Of a stretch of DNA of 64,000 nucleotides, positions 10,886 to 22,817 are shown piece after piece. The stretch is from Dehalococcoidia bacterium (GTDB lineage: Bacteria > Chloroflexota > Dehalococcoidia > DSTF01 > WHTK01): the NCBI GenBank assembly GCA_009377745.1, contig WHTK01000011.1, forward strand, positions 18,527 to 82,526, read 5' to 3'. The translations under genes were made by a program, and so were the position numbers. Under the pieces are notes generated by a model. It was not told the DNA's origin and did no database searches. It was given only the letters and a program-made list of their open reading frames with translations. How positions within the stretch are numbered: position 1 is the stretch's first letter; each line of letters opens with the position of its first letter.

Positions 10886-12681
10886 ATGAGCTACTGGGAC
10901 ACTTACAGGTCATCACGCATCGGCCGACGACGAGCGCTCGCACTGGGCGGCAGCGCTGCCATCGGGGCAGGTCTGCTAGCCGCCTGCGGTGGCGAGAGCA
11001 CCGACGACGGCGGGCAGAGCAAGCAAGTCACGCAGCCCGAGGACACGACCGCGCAAGCAAAGCGCGGCGGCACTCAGCGCTGGGCGATCGATGAAGATAC
11101 GGCGCACTTCGATATCTTCCTGCAGAACTCGCCTCTGACCAGTTTTAAGAACCATCTGCACAGCAAGTTCCTTCGTATGAAGCCCGGCTACAAGGGGCCT
11201 CAGGAGTTCCTGGAGGTCGAGGGTGACGCGGCGGAGTCGTGGGAATACGCGCCGGACTTGATGCAGCTCACCCTTAAGCTGCGGCCTAACGCCAAGTGGC
11301 ACAACAAGCCGCCGGTGAATGGCCGCGCCTTCGATTCTTCCGACGTGATGGCGAGCTGGGATCGCTTCCGCCGGATGGGTCTGTTGCGCGCCGCCTACTC
11401 GAACGAAGTTAACGCGGACGCGCCAATCCTCTCGATGACGGCGCCCGACGGCCGCACGATCGTCATCAAGCTCAAAGAGCCCACGATCTATATGCTGCAT
11501 GTCCTGGCCAATCCACTGAACGGCCACTTCGGGCTCCTGCCCAAGGAAGCCGACAACGGCTACGACGTGCGCCGGGGCATCATCGGCCTCGGGCCCTACG
11601 TGATGGAGAGCTACGAGCAGTCCTCCGGCATGGTGTGGAAGCGCAATCCCGACTACTGGGAGAAGGACACCCCTTACTTCGACACCATCGAGGTGCCTAT
11701 TATCACCGAGTACGCCACAGGACTGAGCCAGTTCCGAGCCGGCGCGCTTCCATACTTCGACGTGCGCAGCCACGATATTCTGGCTACGAAAAAAGACATC
11801 CCCGAATTGCTCATGTACGAGCGCCCAACCCCCGCGGCGTTCCCCGGCAGCGGCATCGCGTTTGGCTGGCAACCCCACGGTCAATCGCCTTATCGAGACG
11901 AGCGCGTCCGGCAGGCAGTCTCCATGGCCATCGACCGCGACCTTTACCTCGATGTCCTGGGCGACCGGGAGGCTTACGAGCGGGAAGGATTCACGATCGA
12001 CACCATGTGGACCTCGGCCGGACTGCGTGGCGGCCCCTTCTGGCTTGACCCCAAGGGCAGCGAGTTCGGGGCCAATGCCAAGTACTACAAGCACGACATC
12101 GCCGAGGCGAAGCGGCTCATGGCGGCGGCGGCCACGCTAACGGCATCGACGTCGTTTCTAACTTCGGGACGATCTACGGGCCGCGCGAGTCGGAAATCTC
12201 GGACAACATGATCGCTGAGGCGGGCTTCCGAATCACCCGCAAGCAGATGGACACCCAGCTCGACTACCCCAAGTTTCGCGACGGTAATGGACAGTTCGAG
12301 AACTGGGCGTACATCGTGGGCGGGCCTCTCGCCAGTGAGCCGGTCGCCGCGTTCGTGTGGCGACACACGAAGACAGGCGGTGCAGGCTTCCTCGGCTATG
12401 ACGCCGCCGGCAAGGGCGACCAGTCGGGTGATCCCGAGGTCATCTCTATGATCGCCCGAGCTGGACGCGAGACGGACGTGAACCGGCGAAAGGCGATCGT
12501 CCAGGACATTCAGCGCTATCTCGGCAAGGCGCAGTATCAGGTAATGGTGCCGGGTGGCTTCTCTCGCTTCGACCTCGCGTGGCCGGGGCTCAAGAACTTC
12601 CAGGTCTACAACGGCGACCAGCGAGGCCCTAACCACACTTGGTGGCACGACAGGACTCTCCCACCCTTTAACCGAGCGTAA
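10886..12681 (+). pseudogene. ABC family-5 solute-binding lipoprotein (Tat signal), frameshifted ~12130-12210
   Basis: GRRRAL...LLAAC Tat lipobox. KWHNKPPVNGR, DERVRQAVSMAIDR and AEAKRLMAAA. Continues in ORF 12208..12681. Confidence 0.88.
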
Positions 12682-12736
12682 CTAGGGCAGATCATACGAC
12701 CTGCCCTTGGCGCTTTGAGGCAGCAAGGGAGAAAAC

Positions 12737-12875
12737 ATGCCGGATGAGCTTGACGCTCTGAAGCACAAAGTCGCGCTATCCTGCCGCATGCTCGCTATGA
12801 TGGGCATAGTCAAAGCTTTTTGGGTCACGTGAGCGCCCGCATTCCCGGTACTGAGGAGATGTTCATTCGATGCCT
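12737..12875 (+). pseudogene. Class II aldolase/adducin N-terminal fragment
   Basis: MPDELDALKHKVALSCRMLAMMG...GHVSARIPG resembles the N-terminus of 39629..40357, then breaks off. Confidence 0.7.
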
Positions 12876-13020
12876 CCTGGGATATTTGCAGCTATCATGA
12901 GTGCAGAACGAAGGGAGATCGCTGCAGCGATTGGCTTGACTGCTGTCGCAGGTGTGGCCGAGGTCCTGACGCTCTCCTGCTCGTACTAACATTGACCTCA
13001 CTGATTATCAATACGGAATC

Positions 13021-13470
13021 GTGGCAGGCATGACTGTCTACGCCATGCCGCAGGTTGTCGCGGCTGCCTTTTCCGTCAGTCAAGTGAGTGGTGAAGTGGC
13101 CATTTTGGTAAAGCTTGGACGTGTCATGTTCATTGGTCCGGTGGTCCTCTTAACAGGTCTGTACATGCGGTTGTCGGGAGATCGAACTCAGGAAATCAAC
13201 CGCTCGCAGCTCTTGCCCTGGTTCGTGATCGGGTTCTTTCTCGTCCTATCGCTGCGCAGTGCGAACGTCATACCCGGTTCGTTCGTTGAGCCGATCGGCG
13301 ACGTAGCGAGGATACCGACCATTTGGTCGATGGCAGGCTAGGCCTGGGCGTGGCCCTGAAGTCAGTGAGGCCCGTTGGGCCCCAGAGTCGGTGCGGCCTC
13401 TGTCCTCTCCGATGTCCCTCCTTGTAATGGCTCAGCCTGTCCTCGCCGCCATGTTCGGGTTCGATTAGGA
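13021..13470 (+). pseudogene. YeiH/putative sulfate exporter family C-terminal fragment
   Basis: GMTVYAMPQVVAAAF, LVKLGRV and LPWFVIGF. N-terminus absent, frameshifts after ~13330. Confidence 0.75.
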
Positions 13471-13884
13471 GAGGTAAGCTCCAATGACAAGCGGCTTGGC
13501 AGGGGCTCACTGGCTCCATATTCAACTAAGTCAGAGGGGTCTAGGCTTGCGGTCATCATTGAGTGCTGATGGAACGCTCTGCACGCCTTTGACGCTTCTG
13601 AGATCTCATGAGTCCTCTTAGACCTATCGGGATTTAGTAAGGGCTTTTCGAAGAGTTTTGACGACGGTTTCTCCTTGGCGCTCATGAAGGGAATGCTTAG
13701 CCACACCGCGTCGATCGATCGCGGACGTGCACTTAGCGAGCTTAACGAGTCAGTTAGTAGCCGGACCGCTGATTGATGCTTAGCCTTCGTCAGAATAAGC
13801 TGCGCCAAGGTAATAAGGATCGAGAACGTTCGGGTTTCGTGGTGGTTGATCCGCCACGTGGCCAGAAGAACACGCTAAGGGAAG

Positions 13885-15216
13885 ATGGACAAGCAAAGTC
13901 AACGTGGTTGGCGCCTCCCCGGTGCTGCCGCTCTACGCCATCGAGACTACCGGCTCTTCTGGTCCGGCTATGTGACGGAGGTCGCCGGCCAACAGATGCT
14001 CTGGGTCGCCCAGGGCTGGCTGATCTACGAGCTGAGCGGCTCGGCGGTACTCCTCGGAGCAGCGGGGCTCGCGAGGGCGATCCCGGGGACCATTCTGAGC
14101 TTCGTCGGCGGCGCGCTGGCAGACAAGCTGGACCAACGACGATTGCTGATTGCCGTGCAGGTAATGCAGATGGCGTTACTGGCGGGCCTCGGTACACTGA
14201 CTATCACGGGCGGTGTCGAGGTCTGGCATCTGCTGGTGATCGTCTCGGCTTCGGCCGCGGCGCAGTCGTTCGAAAACCCGGCGCGCCAGGCGATCTTTCC
14301 CAAGCTTGTCCCTCGCGCCGACTTGATGGACGCGGTGGCGCTCAATGCGACAATTCACCCGGGTACACGCTTCGCGGGACCATTTCTCGGCGGTTTGCTG
14401 ATGGCGCAAGTGCGCCTGATTAGCGGCGAACCGCTCCTAGGCGCAGCCACGCTCTTCTACCTGACGGCTTTCGGGTACGTGCTGAACGCCTGCCTTCTCT
14501 ATTTCATCCAGCTCGCTGCCGTGGCGGCGGAACGTAAGAAGACATCGATGTTCGCCGACATGGGCGAGGGTGTGAAGTTCATCACGCGAAACCCCATCTT
14601 CCTCGGCCTGATTCTGGTCACATACTGCACCCAGTTCTTCGGCTGGTCGTTCCAGAGCCTCTTCCCTGTCTTCGTGAAGGACATCTTCCAAGGCGGCGAA
14701 TTCGAGCTGGGGCTTATGGGGTCAGCGCTCGGGGCGGGCAGCCTTCTCGGGGCGACCACGGCTTCAAACCTTTCGTCGGTTCGTAGGCGAGGGCTGCTCG
14801 TTATCGGCGGGTTTATGACTCCGGCCGCTCTGATCATTCTTTTCAGCGCCGCGCCTTACTTCACGCTGGCATTGGGACTGCTCTTCTTCATCGGCTGTAC
14901 GCAGGCAATCTTCAATGTAACCGCCCAGAGCACGCTGCAGTATCTCGTCCCCAACGACTATCGGGGCCGCGTCATGGGCATCTGGGGTATGACGCATACC
15001 GCCGTCCAGCCGATGGGACAGCTCCAGATGGGCGTACTGGCTGGGCTACTGTCGGCGCCCATCGCGGTGGCCTTTGGCGGCGTGGCCATGCTCGCGTTTG
15101 CGGTGCTGGTCGTGATACCGAACCGCCGCATTCGGAGGCTGACGCTTGAGATGGACCAGCACGGCGAAGAAGAGATCAAAACTCAACTGCGTGAGCTGGC
15201 CGGTCCGCGGCACTGA
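13885..15216 (+). CDS. MFS transporter (DHA3/EntS-like)
   Basis: ALRHRDYRLFW, GGALADKLDQRR, FENPARQA and YRGRVMG. Confidence 0.92.
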   Translation: MDKQSQRGWRLPGAAALRHRDYRLFWSGYVTEVAGQQMLWVAQGWLIYELSGSAVLLGAAGLARAIPGTILSFVGGALADKLDQRRLLIAVQVMQMALLAGLGTLTITGGVEVWHLLVIVSASAAAQSFENPARQAIFPKLVPRADLMDAVALNATIHPGTRFAGPFLGGLLMAQVRLISGEPLLGAATLFYLTAFGYVLNACLLYFIQLAAVAAERKKTSMFADMGEGVKFITRNPIFLGLILVTYCTQFFGWSFQSLFPVFVKDIFQGGEFELGLMGSALGAGSLLGATTASNLSSVRRRGLLVIGGFMTPAALIILFSAAPYFTLALGLLFFIGCTQAIFNVTAQSTLQYLVPNDYRGRVMGIWGMTHTAVQPMGQLQMGVLAGLLSAPIAVAFGGVAMLAFAVLVVIPNRRIRRLTLEMDQHGEEEIKTQLRELAGPRH

Positions 15217-15350
15217 GTGAGGCCGCTTGGGCTACCTAATTGGACGCAGCCGCAAACCGTATTGCAATCCCTACAGCCAAGCTTCATGCACCGACGGCGG
15301 CCGCGGCGAAGAGGTCAATCGTGCCAACACATGAGGGCCACCATGGATCG

Positions 15351-15908
15351 TCAAAGTAGGCCTGGGATCCATCGCTTCACCTTGAGGCAGTATTCACGGT
15401 ACTGCGCGCCAAATACCTTCTCAAGTCGTTCCTCGTCCTTGGCAACTCTAAGCTGAAAATAGATGATTCTAGTTGACGCCAGTACAACCGCAACCGGTGA
15501 CCGGAAAGCCAGGACGACGCCTAGAGAGTAGATGAGGTGGCCTAAATACATAGGGTTGCGCGTCAAGCGATAAGGGCCAGATGTGACGAGACTGTCAGGA
15601 TTCCCTGTCATGCCTCTAGAACCACCGCCGAGCCGCGAGCGAAACTTGCTCACAAAGTGGTATTGCAAATAGCCCCAGGCGAGCAAAGGACTGAACCTCA
15701 GGTCGGGTAGCGCAAGGCGTCGCCGCCGAATCGTCTCCAGAAGGAAGACTGTAAGAGGAATGACTAAGAACGTTGTCCGTGGAGAAGACCAATACAAACT
15801 CTTGGCTTCGGTCCTGGCCCGCTCTATCGATTGAGCCAGCGCTCTCAATCGCAATCCCGTCGCATCCGACTGCCACCAACGATCGTCTTTCGCCATACGA
15901 CCCCTCAT
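15351..15908 (-). CDS. Isoprenylcysteine carboxylmethyltransferase/PEMT family membrane protein
   Basis: LVTSGPYRLTRNPMYLG and EERLEKVFGAQYREYCLKVKRWIP. Start uncertain. Confidence 0.85.
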   Translation of the reverse strand: MRGRMAKDDRWWQSDATGLRLRALAQSIERARTEAKSLYWSSPRTTFLVIPLTVFLLETIRRRRLALPDLRFSPLLAWGYLQYHFVSKFRSRLGGGSRGMTGNPDSLVTSGPYRLTRNPMYLGHLIYSLGVVLAFRSPVAVVLASTRIIYFQLRVAKDEERLEKVFGAQYREYCLKVKRWIPGLL

Positions 15909-15926
15909 AAGCTACTTGAGCACTAG

Positions 15927-16802
15927 CTATTTCAGTGCGGTGCGAAGGCCCTGGAAGCCACGCGAGGGAAAACCTTGATTCAGTTGCTCTCTAGGATCGT
16001 CTTCGGCGAGGAGGATTTCCGCCAAAGCCTTGACGCCTGCAAGCGCTTGGTTGAAGAAAGATGCGCCGTAGCTCACTCGCGCTAGACCGATTTCCTCAAG
16101 TTCTGCTGGTGGGGGCGAGTCTGGCCCGGCCAAGATCGAGATCGGAGCCTTCACCTCACGTGCCAATATCCGAATGGTCTCAGTCCCGCCGGCGCGCGTG
16201 AATAATATGCAATCGGCGCCTAGCGCGGCGTACTCGTTGCCCCTGACGATCGCCTCGTTCAACGCGCTGCTGTGGTCGTCGGAGGCAAGGAAGGCATCGA
16301 CACGGGCGTTGAGGAAGAGCTTACTACCGAGCGAGCGCCGTTTCGCCATAAAAGCTTCTATCTTTGCCTTTGCGAGGTCGAGCGCGATCAGCCGCGCTGC
16401 TCCACCGCCTCGGCGATAGTCGCCGTCCTCAAGGTTTATGCCAGCTGCGCCTACAGCGACGAGGCGCTCAACGGTTACTGCAACGTCCTCAGGACCGCCA
16501 TAGCCCTTCTCGCCATCGGCGTTCACTGGGACCTGTACCGCCTCGACCATGCGCCGATACACTTCGACCATCATCTCACGACTGATGACCTCGCCATCTT
16601 GATAGCCGAGGGCGCCAGCGATGCCGCCGCTAGTCCCTTGGATGGCTTGGAATCCCATCGCTTCGAATAGCTGAGCAGTCACCGTGTCGTAGGCGCCGGG
16701 CATGATCAGAATACCTGGCGCACTGATGAGCTCTCGCAGACGATCGGCATCTCGATTAGAGCGCTCCAATGCTTCAGCGGAGACGGGAAGAGTGTCGCTC
16801 AT
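15927..16802 (-). CDS. Isocitrate lyase/PEP mutase family protein
   Basis: MPGAYD, PVNADGEKGYG, GINLED, NARVDAF and RVSYG. Confidence 0.9.
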   Translation of the reverse strand: MSDTLPVSAEALERSNRDADRLRELISAPGILIMPGAYDTVTAQLFEAMGFQAIQGTSGGIAGALGYQDGEVISREMMVEVYRRMVEAVQVPVNADGEKGYGGPEDVAVTVERLVAVGAAGINLEDGDYRRGGGAARLIALDLAKAKIEAFMAKRRSLGSKLFLNARVDAFLASDDHSSALNEAIVRGNEYAALGADCILFTRAGGTETIRILAREVKAPISILAGPDSPPPAELEEIGLARVSYGASFFNQALAGVKALAEILLAEDDPREQLNQGFPSRGFQGLRTALK

Positions 16803-17771
16803 CGGGTTTTCCGTCTTTCTTTTGGCATTGCCTCAGCGATCGCCGCTGTTGGCGAGGCTGGTTTGCCTCCGCGATCATCGCGAAGACCGCAGACTCGTCG
16901 AGGTCGCCTGTGGGGAGTGCGTGAGCAATCACCTCGGAAACGCCATCACCCACGAGTTTGCTCAAGCGATGTACAACGTCAGACTGCGTGCCGTAGATGA
17001 CCAAGTTGTCGATCAACTCGTCGCTCATCTCACCTTTAACGTTTGGATAGCCAGCTTCTTCAAACAAGCCCGCATAGGTGGATCGGCGCGCAGAAGAGCC
17101 GAACTGTTTGCGAGTAGCTTGCCTAACTACTTCGACGTCGTCCGTCAGACAGAAGGGGGCATGGAGGACTAGTGGGGGCGGGGCTCGGCCGGCTTTTGCT
17201 GCGCCGGCTCGCAGAGCCTGAAGGCTCATAAGACGTATGTGTTCAACTGGCGTGAGCCAAGAGATCGCCCCATCGGCCAGCTCTCCTGCGAGATGGTAGG
17301 CCGTCTTGCGCAGCGTGGCGGCAAGGATAGGTACCTCGACAGGCGCTTCGATCCGCGCACGCGCCGTAAACCACTGACCCTCATATTCAATCGCGCCGGT
17401 CTGCAGGAGCGTCTTCAGGATGTGAATGTACTCTCGAAGATGCGCAAGAGGCGCTTCCCACTTGACGCCGAGCAAATCTTTATGGCCTCATTAGCGACAC
17501 CTAGTCCGATACGCAGGCGGCCCGGCGCGAGGCTGGCAACGACCTGGGCTTGCTGAGCGACCGCAATGGGATGGCGCGGCCAGGTTGGCAGGATGGAGGC
17601 GCCCAGCTTTACATTCGCGGTACGCATGGCGGCCGCGGCGAATACCGTGAGCGCATCGCGACCCGAGCCTGCTGTCGTGAGCCACACCGCCGGGACACCC
17701 GCTGCCTCCGCCTCGACGATTTGCTCGATGAGATGTGGAATCTTTGGCTCTCTGAGGACAATGCCAATCAC
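16774..17771 (-). pseudogene. LLM class flavin-dependent oxidoreductase, frameshift ~17475
   Basis: GASILPTWPRHP, GRLRIGLGV and LAGELADGAISW, split over ORFs 17415..17771 and 16774..17475. Confidence 0.85.
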
Positions 17772-18162
17772 CGCGCCTTAACCTCCAAACTCGATATGCC
17801 CGACTCAACAGATGTTGAGGACAGGCAGATGTTCATCTTGCAACTCTGCCCTCACTGAATCCAGGGGGGCCCACAGCCTCACCTTGGTGCATCCTCCTGC
17901 TGTTGTGCGTCCGACCGATCCTACAGTGGATGTTCATAATTCGCGGACCAGACCAGCCTAGCCTAGACCAGTGGCGCTGGCCTCTTGAGGCGGCCGACGG
18001 GCGGATCACGGCAGCCTCGTGGGCCGTCCGCCATTGACGACGTACTTCGCTCGTCCAGGCAGCGGGTAGAGCATGGGAGAGTTTCCGCTTGGCAGAAGGG
18101 GCTTGACGTTGGGAGCGATAATGCCAGCAGACGAAAACGTCGCATGGCGGAGGTCCTTCCAG

Positions 18163-19449
18163 ATGTTGCCGAAAGAAGAGAACGAACTAGTCACGCGAGT
18201 TGGTCCGGGTACACCCATGGGCGAACTAATGCGGAAATATTGGCTACCGGCGCTCCTCTCTTGGGAGCTGCCGTCACCGGACTGCCCGCCAATCCGCCTC
18301 AAGCTGCTGGGCGAGCAGCTGGTTGCCTTCCGCGACACGAATGGCAATGTTGGCGTCATCGACGAGTTCTGCGCCCATCGCCGCGCCTCTCTCTGGTTGG
18401 GGCGTAACGAGGAGGGTGGCCTGCGCTGCGTCTTCCACGGCTGGAAGTACGACGTCACCGGGCAGTGTGTCGACCAGATGAATGAGCCCGAGAGCTTCAA
18501 GGACAAGATCAAGCTAGCGTCTTACGCTACCAGTGAGAGAGGCGGAGTCATCTGGACGTACATGGGCCGGGGCACGCCGCCACCGCCGCCCGACTTCGAG
18601 TACACACGGGTTTCCGAGAGGCACCGCGAGGTGAACCGCGTCTGGCAGGAGTCGAATTGGCTCCAGGCCCTTGAAGGCGGCCTCGACACCTCACACGCGC
18701 CGATCCTCCATCGCGCGATGAAGGCGGGCGCGGGAATCACAATGGATACTGCCTTCGTCCGTGGTGGCGCCCCCTCGCTCGAGGTGGACATCACCGATTA
18801 CGGCTACCGTTACGCTGGCGTCCGGCCGCTAGTTGAGGATCAGCAATACGTGCGTGGCTACCACTTCGTCATGCCATTCACGCAAATCCGTCCGAGCCAG
18901 AACGCCGGCCGCGGCCAGGAGCGGACGGTCATCTCGGGACACCATTGGGTGCCGATTGACGACGAGAACTGCATGGTCTGGAACTGGGACTACAGCTACG
19001 GTTCTGAGGAATTGTCGGAAAGCGAGCGTGGAGGCGGCGGCAATGGCGGCGGCAACGGACCCCAGTATGTTGATTACGCGAACGAGTTCAGGGCAAAGGG
19101 CAATCCTCGCAACAACTGGCTGATTGATCGCGAGATGCAGCGCACGGTCAACTTCACCGGCATCAGAGGTATAAACGCTCAGGACAGGGCCGTTCAGGAG
19201 AGTATGGGCCCGATCGTCGACCGGTCGCTCGAGCACTTGGGGCCTGCCGACAAGGCGATCATTGCCATGCGGCGACTAATGCTCGAGGCGATAAAAGTCG
19301 TCGAGGACGGCGGCACACCGAGGGGTGTTGCTGCCAGCTACTACGACCTTCGTGCGTATGAAAAGGTCTTGCCGCGTACGCTTCCGTGGCGGGACGTGCT
19401 CGATCCCGAGATGTACCAAAAGGGGGCGACTGCATCTAGGCTCACATGA
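18163..19449 (+). CDS. Rieske oxygenase alpha subunit (phthalate 4,5-dioxygenase/LigXa-like)
   Basis: RBS GGAGG, GPGTPMG, CAHR...CVFHGW, EGGLDTSHAPILH and QDRAVQESMG. Confidence 0.93.
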   Translation: MLPKEENELVTRVGPGTPMGELMRKYWLPALLSWELPSPDCPPIRLKLLGEQLVAFRDTNGNVGVIDEFCAHRRASLWLGRNEEGGLRCVFHGWKYDVTGQCVDQMNEPESFKDKIKLASYATSERGGVIWTYMGRGTPPPPPDFEYTRVSERHREVNRVWQESNWLQALEGGLDTSHAPILHRAMKAGAGITMDTAFVRGGAPSLEVDITDYGYRYAGVRPLVEDQQYVRGYHFVMPFTQIRPSQNAGRGQERTVISGHHWVPIDDENCMVWNWDYSYGSEELSESERGGGGNGGGNGPQYVDYANEFRAKGNPRNNWLIDREMQRTVNFTGIRGINAQDRAVQESMGPIVDRSLEHLGPADKAIIAMRRLMLEAIKVVEDGGTPRGVAASYYDLRAYEKVLPRTLPWRDVLDPEMYQKGATASRLT

Positions 19450-19555
19450 AGCGCCTCAGCGCATACCGTGCCTTAGCAGGGCGATTTCTGGTAGACCGAG
19501 ACACGAGGGTAACTCACGCAGTATGGAGACTAAGTAGAAAACACTAACCCTGAAG

Positions 19556-19798
19556 CATGGCCCCCTGGGCATTCTGGTATTTAGCCGAGCCGTCCTCGTC
19601 CGTCGCTAGTTATCGCGGCGCGATCATCGCGCTAGCCGGCCGGACTGTCAAAGAGCCTTTCAGCGCATGGACACTATGGTAAGTTGCCAGCTTCGCAGCC
19701 TCCTTCGGCCGGCCAGCCTATTGGATGCTAGAATCTCGTCGGCCCGACTCTCTGGCGGACTAACTTCCCTGCGCGGCTCAGGGGTTGTTGGTGACTGA
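19556..19798. repeat. ~240-bp non-coding duplicated segment copy 2
   Basis: Direct repeat of 8352-8594. Confidence 0.92.
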
Positions 19799-20074
19799 CG
19801 ATCCAGCCATGGTCGCGGGCTCGTGAGTTCATCTCATCATGAGGTAGCAAGCTGCCCAGAACGAGCCCTAGCACTATCGCCGATAGTGTGCGCATGTGCT
19901 GCACCGTGTACTACCGCCCCCGCTTCTACGCATCGCTCGCCGGCCGACCTTCAATTGACAGGGCGGGCAAGGCGGACGTACTTTTCAGTCGGCGAAAGCG
20001 CCAATCGGCTTTGGGTGGCTTATGACAAATGTCGGACAGAGTCGCCGGACAAATCAATAACAGGAGAGGTTATT

Positions 20075-20497
20075 ATGGGCGTCTTCCTTGACCACACCAT
20101 CGTTCCAGTACGTGACAACGAGATAGCTGCGAAGTTTTTCGCCAGCATGTTCGGCCTTGAGTACGCGGGGCCCTGGGGCCACTTCGCACCCGTTAAGGTC
20201 AATGGCGGCACCTTGAGCCTCGATTTTGACAGCCGCGAGAACTTCGAGCGCCACCACTACGCCTTCCTCGTCACAGACGGAGAGTTTGACGCGATCCTCT
20301 CACGCGTGAAGACGGCCGGGCGCAAGTTCGGCAGCGGCCCGGGCTCCCAAGAGGATATGGAGATCAACCACCACCATATGGGCCGCGGCTTCTACTTCCG
20401 CTGTGACGATGGTCACAGCTGGGAGGTTATCACGCACACGTACACGACTCCCACCTCTGCCGGGACAGCCCGCGCTTCAGCCGGCGCAGCCCGGTGA
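20075..20497 (+). CDS. VOC family protein
   Basis: RBS GGAG, LDHTIV, HYAFLV and GRGFYF...GHSWEVIT. Confidence 0.9.
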   Translation: MGVFLDHTIVPVRDNEIAAKFFASMFGLEYAGPWGHFAPVKVNGGTLSLDFDSRENFERHHYAFLVTDGEFDAILSRVKTAGRKFGSGPGSQEDMEINHHHMGRGFYFRCDDGHSWEVITHTYTTPTSAGTARASAGAAR

Positions 20498-20697
20498 CTT
20501 ATCCAGCACCGCTTGTCGGCTCGGCTGCAGTCGGGACCGGCCATGGCGATGCCTGACCGATGGCCTGGGAGAAACCTTCGCTGCTCTTGGCCGCGCGTCC
20601 TCGTGCGGTTTCATCTCCGCCGGCGCTACCGCGACGGCGCTTTGTCGGTTGCTCTCGCGACATAGCGAAAAAGGCGTTTTGAAGAGGAGACCCGACG

Positions 20698-21396
20698 ATG
20701 AATAATCTAGCGAACTACCGGCATGAGATCGTGGAGGCGGCAGACCAGATCGCACGATCCGGCATCATGACCAAGAGCCTGCACGGAAACCTGAGCCAGC
20801 GCGTGCCGAATACCGACACCTTCCTCCTAACCGCCGGCGGCTCTCTTGCCAGTATGAAGCCGGAGAACATCGCCCTCTTTGACCTCGGGGGCAATCTGCT
20901 CGAAGGCACTGTGATGCCGGTGGGCGCTGAGATCATCCAAATGCATGCAGTCGTTTACCGGACCCGGCCCGAATTCACGGGCGTCGTCCACACGCACTCG
21001 CCCTTTGCGACTGGCTTCGCTTGCGCCGGTCAGGCCATACCTGCCGCGTACGAGGCGCTCGTGCGGATCGGTGCGATCGACGGCGTGCCAGTCGCACTTT
21101 ACGGGCCGCGTGGCTCGGAGCAGTCAGCCAACAACATCGCCGCAGTGCTGAAGGCCCATCAGGCAATTAGCTCGCTGCTCCTGGAAAACCACGGCGTCCT
21201 CGCCTTCGGCGAGGGCGTAAGTGGCGCCGTGCGCGCCAACATGGTCGCCGAAGAGGCAGCGGAGATCCTGCTCTACTCGGCCTCTCTCGGTGGGGCGAAG
21301 AAGATTCTCGCGCAGATGATCCAGGCAACACGAGAGCGCGCAGCCTCCTTCGCGGCGGCTGGCAGCTATAGTAGCGAGCCAGCGCAGGCAGATTAA
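20698..21396 (+). CDS. Class II aldolase/adducin family protein
   Basis: GNLSQR, EIIQMH, VHTHSPFAT and LLENHG. Confidence 0.9.
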   Translation: MNNLANYRHEIVEAADQIARSGIMTKSLHGNLSQRVPNTDTFLLTAGGSLASMKPENIALFDLGGNLLEGTVMPVGAEIIQMHAVVYRTRPEFTGVVHTHSPFATGFACAGQAIPAAYEALVRIGAIDGVPVALYGPRGSEQSANNIAAVLKAHQAISSLLLENHGVLAFGEGVSGAVRANMVAEEAAEILLYSASLGGAKKILAQMIQATRERAASFAAAGSYSSEPAQAD

Positions 21397-21562
21397 TTCG
21401 TCAGACGTATCGTCAACGCGCTGGGCAATCTTTGTTAGGGAGCGCGATACCTTCGAACCCTGGCCCCCGCCTTGACATTACCGCGTGTCGCGCCTTCTTG
21501 GGGCGCGACACGAACGGAGGCACCAATTGATTAGAGATACCTCGGAGACACGATTCAGAGCT

Positions 21563-22634
21563 GTGAGCGCTCAGCCGCCGCCAGATAACGATGCCTTCTA
21601 TCGCGAAGAAATTCAGCTCGCGCTGAGGAACCGAGGGATGCCCCTGGAGGCGCTCCGTTACCCCATTTCGCCGACGGGACTCCACTACCTCCTGACTCAC
21701 TTCGATACCCCTTACGTAGAGGAGAGCAACTGGTCCCTCAAGATACATGGCTTGGTCGAAACGCCGCTCGACCTTTCCTTGAGAGCGATCAAGGACTTCC
21801 CATCGCGAACTCTGACCGTCACGCTCGAGTGCGCCGGGAACGGGCGGGCCTTGATGAAGCCGCGACCGATCAGCCAGCCCTGGCTCCATGAGGCCGTCAG
21901 CACCGCCGAATGGAAGGGCGCTCCGCTGCACGTCGTTTTGCAGAAAGCCGGCGTCAGCCCGAAAGCGGCCGAAGCCGTCCTAACCGGCCTTGACCAGGGT
22001 GTCCAGGGCGAGGAGGTGCAGTATTACCAGCGGAGCCTCTCCGTAGCCGAAGCGATGCGAGAGGAGGTCTTGCTCGCCTATGAGATGAACGGCGGGCCGC
22101 TGCCGCCGCAGCACGGCTACCCCCCTGCGGCTGGTGGTTCCCGGCTGGTACGGCATGACGAGCGTCAAGTGGCTCGAAAGCATTGAGTTCGTGGAGCGTC
22201 CCTTTACGGGCTACCAGATGGCGCACTGCTACAGGTACTCCCAGACCAAGGAGGAACCGGGTGCGCCGGTAGACCTTGTGAGGGTTAACGCGCTGATGAC
22301 CCCGCCTGGGATCCCTGACTTTCTCACGCGCGAAAGGCTCGTGAAGCAAGGCGCCGTGCTCCTGCGTGGCCGGGCGTGGGCCGGGCGGCTCCGCGTAATT
22401 CGCGTCGAGGTGAGCAGCGACGCCGGCTCTACCTGGGCCGATGCGTCGCTTGAAGAGCCCGTGTCCGAGTTCGCCTGGCGTGGCTGGTCGTTCCTGTGGC
22501 AGGCTTCGCAGGGGAGACACGAGCTGCGGGTGCGGGCCACGGATGAGAGCAGCGCGAAGCAGCCTGACGCGGAATGGAACTACCACGGCATGGGCAACAA
22601 CGCGGTCCAGCGCGTGGCGGTGCTGGTTGAATAA
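21563..22634 (+). pseudogene. Sulfite oxidase-like molybdoenzyme, +1 frameshift in C-run ~22120
   Basis: LECAGNGR (Mo-binding Cys), HGYP|LRLVVPGWYG and a dimerisation domain. Likely intact in vivo if the extra C is a read error. Confidence 0.88.
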
Positions 22635-22817
22635 CCCTAGCTGAGGTGCACCGAGTTACACGCGCAGCGAAGGATCCAGGTCCGTGAAGCCAATCTCGAT
22701 AGTGCGTACCTACCGGCGTTGACAGGGAGCGACCACGAAAACAGCGTCCGCTTTAATGGCGCACTAGCAAGTCACAGGCTCGAACGAAAGGACCTTAAAG
22801 CCTAGAAAGGGCAAAAG

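Noticed and set aside
13362-13808. 148-aa minus-strand ORF
   Set aside because: It overlaps the YeiH remnant and has no motif or RBS support.
22115-22130. Programmed frameshift or phase variation in the sulfite oxidase gene
   Set aside because: The C-run is only 6 long; a sequencing error or simple indel is more parsimonious.
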